Shown here in pieces: positions 15,001-26,000 of a stretch of DNA of 64,000 nt (position 1 is the first letter of the stretch; each line of letters opens with the position of its first letter). Made by a program: the position numbers and the translations under genes. The notes below the pieces were generated by a model. The model saw only the letters and a program-made list of their open reading frames with translations. It ran no database searches and was not told the origin of the DNA. The stretch lies in NCBI RefSeq assembly GCF_039654945.1, contig NW_027361798.1, forward strand, positions 3,472,001 through 3,536,000, written 5' to 3'. The stretch comes from Dendrobates tinctorius. Its lineage: Eukaryota.

Positions 15001-18000
15001 AGCTCTGCAGGGAGGAGGTGGCACTGATCATACAGCTCTGCAGGGAGGAGATGGAGGCACTGATCATATAGCTCTGCATGGAGGAGGTGGTGGCACTGAT
15101 CATACAGCCCTGCAGGGAGGAGGTGGAGGCACTGATCATACAGCCCTGCAGGGAGGAGGTGGTGGCACTGATCATACAGCTCTGCAGCGAGGAGGTGATG
15201 GCACTGATCATACAGCTCTGCAGCGAGGAGGTGATGGCACTGATCATACAGCTCTGCAGGGAGGAGGTGGAGGCACTGATCATACAGCCCTGCAGGGAGG
15301 AGGTGTTGGCATTGATCATACAGCCCTGCAGCGAGGAGGTGATGGCACTGATCATACAGCTCTGCAGCGAGGAGGTGGCAGTGATTATACAGCTCTGCAG
15401 GGAGGTGTTGGCACTGATCATACAGCCCTGCAGCGAGGAGGTGGCAGTGATTATACAGCTCTGCAGGGAGGAGGTGGTGGCACTGATCATACAGTCCTGC
15501 AGGGAGGAGGTGGAGGCACTGATCATACAGCCCTGCAGGGAGGAGGTGGTGGCACTGATCATACAGCTCTGCAGCGAGGAGGTGATGGCACTGATCATAC
15601 AGCTCTGCAGCGAGGAGGTGATGGCACTGATCATACAGCCCTGCAGGGAGGAGGTGTTGGCACTGATCATACAGCCCTGCAGCGAGGAGGTGATGGCACT
15701 GATCATACAGCCCTGCAGCGAGGAGGTGGCAGTGATTATACAGCTCTGCAGGGAGGAGGTGGTGGCACTGATCATACAGCCCTGCCGGGAGGAGGTGGAG
15801 GCACTGATCATACAGCCCTGCAGGGAGGAGGTGTTGGCACTGATCATACAGCCCTGCAGCGAGGAGGTGATGGCACTGATCATACAGCTCTGCAGCGAGG
15901 AGGTGGCAGTGATTATACAGCTCTGCAGGGAGGTGATGGCACTGATCATACAGCTCTGCAGGGAGGAGGTGGAGGCACTGATCATACAGCCCTGCAGGGA
16001 GGTGTTGGCACTGATCATACAGCCCTGCAGCGAGGAGGTGATGGCACTGATCATACAGCTCTGCAGGGAGGTGTTGGCACTGATCATACAGCGCTGCAGC
16101 GAGGAGGTGGCAGTGATTATACAGCTCTGCAGGGAGGTGTTGGCACTGATCATACAGCTCTGCAGGGAGGAGGTGGTGGCACTGATCATACAGCTCTGCA
16201 GGGATGAGGTGATGGCAGTGATCATACAGCTCTGCAGGGAGGAGGTGGTGGCACTGATCATACAGCTCTGCAGCGAGGAGGTGGTGGCACTGATCATACA
16301 GCTCTGCAGGGAGGAGGTGGCACTGATCATACAGCTCTGCAGCGAGGAGGTGGCAGTGATTATACAGCTCTGCAGGGAGGTGTTGGCACTGATCATACAG
16401 CCCTGCAGCGAGGAGGTGGCAGTGATTATACAGCTCTGCAGGGAGGAGGTGGTGGCACTGATCATACAGCCCTGCAGGGAGGAGGTGATGGCACTGATCA
16501 TACAGCTCTGCAGCGAGGAGGTGGCAGTGATCATACAGCTCTGCAGGGAGGTGTTGGCACTGATCATACAGCTCTGCAGGGAGGAGGTGGAGGCACTGAT
16601 CATACAGCCCTGCAGGGAGGAGGTGTTGGCATTGATCATACAGCCCTGCAGCGAGGAGGTGATGGCACTGATCATACAGCTCTGCAGCGAGGAGGTGGCA
16701 GTGATTATACAGCTCTGCAGGGAGGTGTTGGCACTGATCATACAGCCCTGCAGCGAGGAGGTGGCAGTGATTATACAGCTCTGCAGGGAGGAGGTGGTGG
16801 CACTGATCATACAGTCCTGCAGGGAGGAGGTGGAGGCACTGATCATACAGCCCTGCAGGGAGGAGGTGGTGGCACTGATCATACAGCTCTGCAGCGAGGA
16901 GGTGATGGCACTGATCATACAGCTCTGCAGCGAGGAGGTGATGGCACTGATCATACAGCCCTGCAGGGAGGAGGTGTTGGCACTGATCATACAGCCCTGC
17001 AGCGAGGAGGTGATGGCACTGATCATACAGCCCTGCAGCGAGGAGGTGGCAGTGATTATACAGCTCTGCAGGGAGGAGGTGGTGGCACTGATCATACAGC
17101 CCTGCAGGGAGGAGGTGGAGGCACTGATCATACAGCCCTGCAGGGAGGAGGTGTTGGCACTGATCATACAGCCCTGCAGCGAGGAGGTGATGGCACTGAT
17201 CATACAGCTCTGCAGCGAGGAGGTGGCAGTGATTATACAGCTCTGCAGGGAGGTGATGGCACTGATCATACAGCTCTGCAGGGAGGAGGTGGAGGCACTG
17301 ATCATACAGCCCTTCAGGGAGGTGTTGGCACTGATCATACAGCCCTGCAGCGAGGAGGTGATGGCACTGATCATACAGCTCTGCAGGGAGGTGTTGGCAC
17401 TGATCATACAGCCCTGCAGCGAGGAGGTGGCAGTGATTATACAGCTCTGCAGGGAGGTGTTGGCACTGATCATACAGCTCTGCAGGGAGGAGGTGGTGGC
17501 ACTGATCATACAGCTCTGCAGGGATGAGGTGATGGCAGTGATCATACAGCTCTGCAGGGAGGAGGTGGTGGCACTGATCATACAGCTCTGCATGGAGGAG
17601 GTGGTGGCACTGATCATACAGCTCTGCAGGGAGGAGGTGGCACTGATCATACAGCTCTGCAGGGAGGAGGTGGTGGCACTGATCATACAGCTCTGCATGG
17701 AGGAGGTGGTGGCACTGATCATACAGCCCTGCAGGGAGGAGGTGGAGGCACTGATCATACAGCCCTGCAGGGAGGAGGTGGTGGCACTGATCATACAGCT
17801 CTGCAGCGAGGAGGTGATGGCACTGATCATACAGCTCTGCAGGGAGGAGGTGGAGGCACTGATCATACAGCCCTGCAGGGAGGAGGTGTTGGCATTGATC
17901 ATACAGCCCTGCAGCGAGGAGGTGATGGCACTGATCATACAGCTCTGCAGCGAGGAGGTGGCAGTGATTATACAGCTCTGCAGGGAAGTGTTGGCACTGA

Positions 18001-20317
18001 TCATACAGCCCTGCAGCGAGGAGGTGGCAGTGATTATACAGCTCTGCAGGGAGGAGGTGGTGGCACTGATCATACAGCCCTGCAGGGAGGAGGTGATGGC
18101 ACTGATCATACAGCTCTGCAGCGAGGAGGTGGCAGTGATCATACAGCTCTGCAGGGAGGTGTTGGCACTGATCATACAGCCCTGCAGCGAGGAGGTGGCA
18201 GTGATTATACAGCTCTGCAGGGAGGAGGTGGTGGCACTGATCATACAGCCCTGCAGGGAGGAGGTGGTGGCACTGATCATACAGCCCTGCAGGGAGGAGG
18301 TGGAGGCACTGATCATACAGCCCTGCAGGGAGGAGGTGTTGGCATTGATCATACAGCCCTGCAGCGAGGAGGTGATGGCACTGATCATACAGCTCTGCAG
18401 CGAGGAGGTGGCAGTGATTATACAGCTCTGCAGCGAGGAGGTGGCAGTGATTATACAGCCCTGCAGCGAGGAGGTGGCAGTGATCATACAGCTCTGCAGG
18501 GAGGAGGTGGCACTGATCATTCAGCTCTGCAGGGAGTAGGTGTTGGCACTGATCATACAGCTCGGCAGGGAGGAGGTGGTGGCAGTGATCATACAGCTCT
18601 GCAGGGAGGAGGTGGTGGCACTGATCATACAGCTCTGCAGGGAGGAGGTGGAGGCACTGATCATACACCTTTGCAGGGAGGAGGTGGAGGCACTGATCAT
18701 ACAGCTCTGCAGGGAGGAGGTAATGGCATTGGTCACACAGCTCTGCAGGGAGGAGGTGGTGGCAGTGATCATACACCTCTGCAGGGAGGAGGTGGTGGCT
18801 CTGAACATACAGCTCTGCAGGGAGGAGGTGGCAGTGATCATACAGCTCTGCAGGGAGGAGGTGATGGCACTGATAATACAGCTCTGCAGGGAGGAGTTGG
18901 TGGCACAGATCATACAGCTCTGCAGGGAGGAGGTGATGGCACTGATAATACAGCTGTGCAGGGAGGAGGTGGTGGCACTGATCATACAGCTCTGCAGGGA
19001 GGATGTGGTGACACTGATCATACAGCTCTGCAGGGAGGAGGTGGTGACACTGATCATACAGCTCTGCAGGGAGGAGGTGGTGGCTCTGAACATACAGCTC
19101 TGCAGGGAGGAGGTGGCAGTTATCATACAGCTATGCAGGGAGGAGGTGGTGGCGCTGATAATACAGCTCTGCAGGGAGGAGGTGATGGCAGTGATCTTAC
19201 AGCTCAGCAGGGAGGAGGTGGTGGCACTGATCATACAGCTCTACAGGGAGGAGGTGGTGTCAGTGATCATACAGCTCTGCAGGGAGGAGGTGATGGCACT
19301 GATCATACAGCTCTGCAGGGAGGAGGTGGTGGCACTGATCATACAACTCTACAGGGAGGAGGTGGCAATGATCATTCAGCTCTGCAGGGAGTAGGTGGTG
19401 GCACTGATCATGCAGCTCTGCAGGGAGGAGGTGGTGCCACTGATCATTCAGCTCGGGAGGGAGGAGGTGATGGCACTGATCATACAGCTCTGCAGCAAGG
19501 AGGTGGTGGCAATGATCATACAGCTCTGCAGGGAGTAGGTGGCACTGATCATACAGCTCTGCAGGGAGGAGGTGATGGCTCTGATCATTCAGTTCTGCAG
19601 GGAGAAGGTGGTGGCTCTGATAATACAGCTCTGCAGGGAGGAGGTGGTGGCACTGATCATACTGCTCTGCAGGGAGGAGGTGGTGGCATTGATCATGCAG
19701 CTCTGCAGGGAGGAGGTGGTGGCACTGATCATACAGCTCTGCAGGGAGGAGGAGGTGGCACTGATCATACAACTCTGCAGGGAGGAGGTGGTAGCACTGA
19801 TCATACAACTCTGGAGTGAGGAGGTGATGGCTCTGATCATACAGCTCTGCAGGGAGTCGGTGGTGGCACTGATCATACAGCTCTGCAGGGAGGAGGTGGT
19901 GGCACTGATCATACAACTCTGCAGGGAAGAGGTAGTAGTGATCATACAGCTTTGCAGGGAAGATGTGGCACTGATCATTCAGCTCTGAAGGGAGGAGGTG
20001 ATGGCACTGATCATACAGCTCTGCAAGGAGGAGGTGATGGCACTGATCATACAGCTCTGTAGGGAGGAGGAGGTGGCACTGATCATACAGCTCTGCAGTG
20101 AGGAGGTGGTGGCACTGATCATACAACTCTGCAGGGAGGAGGTGGCACGTGGCAGTGATCATACAGCTCTGTAGGGAGGAAGTGGTGGCACTGATCATAC
20201 AACTCTGCAGGGAAGAAGGTGGCACTGATCATACAGCTCTGAAGGGAGGAGGCAATGGCACTGATAATATAGCTCTGCAGGGATGAAGTAGCAGTGATCA
20301 TACAGCACTGCAGGGAG
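1..20317. repeat. Satellite A: tandem array of 36-bp (and 33-bp) monomers, consensus GGGAGGAGGTGGTGGCACTGATCATACAGCTCTGCA; continues beyond the left edge
   Basis: Head-to-tail monomers throughout. Length variants come from gain or loss of one GGA/GGT triplet. Rare variants recur with a 7032-bp period (2933/9965; 8039/15071). Confidence 0.99.
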
Positions 20318-22957
20318 TACAAGAATACAAGACTAGAAGGATACAACTTATTTGCAAGAAACAGACTTGATAAACGAGGAGGAGGTGTCGCATTGTATGT
20401 TAGAAATGCGTATATCTGTACAGAGGTTGAAGCTTCAGAGACTGGGAGTTCTGTGGAAACTGTTTGGGTAAGAATACAAGGACAGAACAATGGAAAGGAC
20501 ACCATTGTAGGCATTTACTACAGGCCGCCTGTGCAAGCTGAAGATATGGATGAACTCTTTATGCATCAAATGGCCAAGTTCTCCAAAAAATATGACATAG
20601 TTATCATGGGAGATTTCAACTACCCAGACATTTGTTGGGAATCTCTCTCAGGCAAAACTAACAGGTCAAGGAAATTCTTATCCTCTCTTGCTGACAACTT
20701 TATCTTCCAAAAGGTAAGGGAGAAAACAAGGGGAACTGCTACCTTGGATCTAATCCTTATAAACAGGGAGGAAATGGTTGAGGAGGTAAAAGTGGCTGGG
20801 ACCCTAGGAGGTAGCGACCATGCTATTTTAGAATTTTGGATAACTAGAGGCGGAAGACCTGTGAAGACTCAGACGTCAAGGTTAGATTTCAGAAAGGCAG
20901 ATTTTAAGGGATTCAGAAAGAGAATTGGAGGGATCCAATGGCTGGATATCCTTAAAGACAAAAATGTCCAGGAAGGATGGGAAATCTTGAAAAATGAAAT
21001 TCTCAAAGGACAGTTGTTAACAATTCCGAAAAGAGGGAAGAATAGGAAGCATTTAAGGAAACCAGGATGGATGAACACAGAACTTAAGCACATGCTAAAA
21101 AGGAAAAAAAAAATCTTTATAAAATGGAAAGAGGGAGGCATATCTAAAGAAGAATATAATGCTGTCTGCAGAACCCGCAGGGCACAAATCAGATTAGCTA
21201 AAGCTGAAAATGAATTGAGGCTTGCAAGAGATGTCAAAAGCAATAATAAAGGATTTTGGGGATATGTCAAAAGTAAAAGAAAAGTCAAAGATGCTATAGG
21301 ATTTTTACAGGATGAAAATGATGAAATGGTAAGACAGGATGTTGAGAAGGCTGAACTTTTAAATTCCTATTTTGCATCTGTTTTCTCTCAGAAAGGAAAT
21401 GTAACATCAACTGTTATTCACTGTCCTATTAAGGGAATAGAAGAATCCAGGATATCTATAAACAGAAAGATAGTGAGGAAACACTTAGCTAACCTAAATG
21501 AATTCAAGTCTCCAGGTCCAGATGAATTACACCCCAGAGTACTGAAGGAGATAGCAGAAGAAATTTTTGAACCCCTCTCCATAATCTTTGAAAATTCTTG
21601 GAGAACAGTAGATGTGCCAGAAGACTGGAGAAGAGCAAATGTTGTTCCTATCTTCAAAAAGGGGAAGAAGGTGGACCCAGGCAACTATAGGCCGGTGAGT
21701 CTGACTTCTATACCAGGAAAGATCTTTGAACAAAATATTAAACAACATGTATGTCAATACCTGGATAAGAATGAAGTGATTAAACAGAGTCAGCATGGGT
21801 TTGTAACTAATAAGTCATGTCAGACTAATTTAATTTCCTTCTATGACGGTATTACTGATTGGGTGGATCAAGGAAATGCTGTAGATATAGTATATCTTGA
21901 CTTCAGCAAAGCATTTGACAAAGTCTCTCATACAATCCTTATTGAAAAAATGACTAAGTATGGAATGGACAAGGCAACTGTTAGGTGGATTCATAACTGG
22001 CTTAGTGATCGGACCCAAAGAGTGGTCGTAAATGGCTGCACATCCAGTTGGAAGAATGTCTCAAGTGGGGTACCACAGGGCTCTGTCCTGGGCCCTGTAT
22101 TGTTCAACATCTTTATCAACGATTTAGATGAAGGAATTGAGGGTAAACTGATTAAATTTGCTGATGACTCAAAGCTAGGAGGGATAGCTAATACTAGAGA
22201 AGAGAGAGAGAGGATTCAAAAAGATTTAAATAAACTGGAGAAGTGGGCAGCAACTAACAGAATGGTTTTTAACAGGGAGAAATGCAAAGTACTACATCTG
22301 GGCAATAAAAATGAAAAAAGCATATATAGAATGGGAGGAATAGGGCTAAGTGACAGCACATGTGAAAAAGACTTGGGTATACTAATAGATCACAGACTGA
22401 ATATGAGTCAACAGTGTGATGCAGCAGCAAAAAAGGCAAATGCAATTCTAGGATGTATTAACAGAAGCATACAGTCTAGATCACGTGAAGTAATTATTTC
22501 CCTCTACTCCTCTTTGGTCAGACCTCATCTGGAATACTGTGTCCAATTTTGGGCACCACATTTTAAAAAAGACATCAACAAACTGGAGCAAGTTCAGAAA
22601 AGAGCGACCAGAATGGTGACCGGTCTGCAAACCCTGTCTTATGAGGAAAGGTTGCAGGATTTGGGAATGTTTAGTTTGCAAAAGAGAAGACTGAGAGGAG
22701 ACTTAATAGCTGTCTACAAATATCTAAAGGGCTGTCACATTGTAGAAGGATCAACTTTATTCTCATTTGCACAAGGAAAGACTAGAAGCAATGGGATGAA
22801 GCTGAATGGGAGGAGACACAGATTAGATATTAGAAAAAACTTTTTGACAGTTAGAGTGATCAATGAGTGGAACAGGCTGCCACGAGAAGTGGTGAGTTCT
22901 CCTTCCATGGAAGTCTTCAAACAGAGGCTGGACAGACATCTAACTGGGATGATTTAG
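20318..22957 (+). pseudogene. CR1 ORF2 (endonuclease + reverse transcriptase), uninterrupted but missing its N-terminus
   Basis: About 880 open codons to TAG at 22955-22957. The track start at 20294 is a GTG inside the satellite, not a real start. Confidence 0.9.
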
Positions 22958-23043
22958 CGAATCCTGCTTTGAGCAGGGGGTTGGACCAGATGGCCCAGGA
23001 GGTCCCTTCCAACTCTACGATTCTATGATTCTATGATTCTATG
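20318..23043 (+). mobile_element. CR1-clade LINE, 5'-truncated, inserted in satellite A
   Basis: ORF2 with APE endonuclease motifs (GIYYRPP, MGDFN, LDLIL, SDH) and RT motifs (YRPVSL, QHGF, YLDFSKAFD, GVPQGSVLGP, FADD). Short 3' UTR ends in (ATTCTATG)x3 at 23020-23043, the CR1 tail. Confidence 0.97.
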
Positions 23044-26000
23044 AGGAGGTGGTGGCACTGATCATACAGCTCTGCAGGGAGGAGGTGGTGGCACTGATCA
23101 TACAGCTCTGCAGGGAGGAGGTGGTTGCACTGATCATACATCTCTGCAGGGAGGAGGTGATGGCATTGATCATACAGCTCTGCAGGGAGTAGGTGGAGGC
23201 TCTGACCATACAGCTCTGCAGTGAGGAGGTGGTGGCAGTGATCATACAGCTCTGCAGGGAGGAGGTGGCACTGATCATACAGCTCTGCAGGGAGGAGTTG
23301 GTGGCACTGATCATAAAGCTCTGCCTAGGAAGAGGTGATGGCACTGATCATACAGCTCTGCAGGGAGGAGGTGGTGACACTGATCATACAGCTCTGCAGG
23401 GAGGAGGTGGCACTGATCATTCAGCTCTGCAGGGAGTAGGTGGTGGCACTGATCATACAGCTCGGCAGGGAGGAGGTGATGGCATTGGTCATACAGCTCT
23501 GCAGGGAGGAGGTGGTGGCACTGATCATACAGCTCTGCAGGGAGGAGGTGGTGGCACTGATCATACAGCTCTGCAGGGAGGAGGTGGTGACACTGATCAT
23601 AAAGCTCTGCAGGGAGAAGGTGGTGGCACTAATCATACAGCTCTGCAGGGAGAAGGTGGTGGCACTAATAATACAGCTCTGAAGGGAGGAGGCAATGGCA
23701 CTGATCATACAGCTCTGCAGGGAGGAGGTGATTGCACTGATCATATATCTCTGCAGGGAGGAGGTGGTGCCACTGATCATACAGCTCTGGAGGGAGGAGG
23801 TGATGGCACTGATCATACAGCTGTGCAGGAAAGAGGTGGTGGCACTGATCATACAGCTCTGCAGGGAGGAGGTGGCACTGATTATACAGCTTTGCAGGGA
23901 GGAGGTGATGGCTCTGATCATACAGATCTGCAGGGAGAAGGTGGTGGCACTGATAATACAGCTCTGCAGGGTGGAGGTGGTGGCACTGATCATACAGCTC
24001 TGCAGGGAGGAGGTGGTGGCACTGATCATACAGCTCTGCAGGGAGGAGGTGGAGGCACTGATCATACAGCTCTGGAGTGAGGAGGTGATGGCACTGATCA
24101 TACAGCTCTGCAGGAAGGAGGTGGTGGCACTGATCATACAGCTCTGCAGGGAGGAGGAGGTGGCACTGATCATACAGCTCTGCAGGGAGGAGGTGGTGGC
24201 ACTGATCATACAGCTCTGCAGGAAGGAGGTGGTGGCACTGATCATACATCTCTGGAGTGAGGAGGTGATGGCACTGATCATACAGCTCTGCAGGGAGGAG
24301 GTGGTGGCACTGATCATACAGCTCTGCAGGGAGGAGGAGGTGGCACTGATCATACAGCTCTGCAGGAAGGAGGTGGTGGCACTGATCATACAGCTCTGCA
24401 GGGAGGAGGAGGTGGCACTGATCATACAGCTCTGCAGGGAGGAGGTGGTGGCACTGATCATACAGCTCTGCAGGGAGGTGATGGTAGTGATCATACAGCT
24501 CTGCAGGGAGGAGGTGGTGGCACTGATCATACAACTCTGCAGGGAGGAGGTGGTGGCACTGATCATACAACTCTGCAGGGAGGAGGAGGTGGCACTGATC
24601 ATACAGCTCTGCAGGGAGGAGGTGGTGGCACTGATCATACAGCTCTGCAGCGAGGAGGTGATGGCACTGATCATACAGCTCTGCAGGGAAAAGGTGGTGG
24701 CACTGATCATACAGCTCTGCAGGGAGGAGGTGGTGGCACTGATCATACAGCTCTGCAGGGAGGAGGTGGTGGCACTGATCATACAGCTCTGCAGGGAGGA
24801 GGTGGTGGCACTGATCATACAGCTCTGCAGGAAGGAGGTGATGGCACTGATCATACAGCTGTGCAGGGAGGAGGTGGTGGCACTGATCATACAGCTCTGC
24901 AGGGAGGAGGTGATGGCACTGATCATACAGCTCTGCAGTGAGGAGTTGGTGGCACTGATCATACAGTTCTGCAGGGATGAGGTTGCTTTGATCATACAGC
25001 TCTGCAGGGAGGAGGCGGTGGCACTGATCATACAGCTCTGCATGAAGGAGGTGGTGGGACTGATCATACAGCTCTGCATGGAGGAGGCAATGGCACTGAT
25101 CATACAGCTCTGCAGGGAGGAAGTAGTGGCAGTGATCATATATCTCTGCAGGGAGGAAGTGGTGACACTGATCATACAGCTCTGCAGGGAGGAGGTGGTG
25201 GCACTGATCATACAGCTCTGCAGGGATGAGGTGGTGGCAGTGGTCATACAACTCTGCAGGGAGGTGGTGTTGGCACTGATCATACAGCTCTGCAGGGAGG
25301 AGGTGGAGGCACTGATCATACAGCTCTGGAGGGAGAAGGTGGTGGAACTAATCATACAGCTCTGAAGGGAGGAGGCAATGGCACTGATCATACAGCTCTG
25401 CAGGGAGGAGGTGGTGGTACTGATCATACAGCTTTGCAGGGAGGAGGTGGTGGCACTGATCATACAGCTATGCAGGGAGGAGGTGGTGGGACTGATCCTA
25501 CAGCTCTGCAGGGAAGAGGCAATGGCACTGATCATACAGCTCTGCAGGGAGTAGGTGGTGGAACTAATCATACAGCTCTGCAGGGAGGTGATGGTAGTGA
25601 TCATACAGCTGTGCAAGGAGGAGGTGGTGACACTGATCATACAGCTCTGCAGGGAGGAGGTGGTGGCACTGATCATACAGCTCTGCAGGGAGGAGGTGGT
25701 GGCACTGATCATACAGCTCTGCAGGGTGGAGGTGGTGGCACTGATCATACAGCTCTGCAGGGAGGTGATGGTAGTGATCATACAGCTCTGCAGGGAGGAG
25801 GTGGTGGCACTGATCATACAGCTCTGCAGGGAGGTGATGGCACTGATCATACAGCTCTGCAGGGAGGAGGTGGTGGCACTGATCATACCGCTCTGCAGGG
25901 AGGAGGTGGTTGCACTGATCATACATCTCTGCAGGGAGGAGGTGATGGCATTGATCATACAGCTCTGCAGGGAGTAGGTGGAGGCTCTGACCATACAGCT

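Noticed and set aside
20294-20330. In-frame satellite-CR1 ORF2 fusion protein
   Set aside because: The start is a GTG. The nearest upstream in-frame ATG (20255) is closed by a TAG five codons later.
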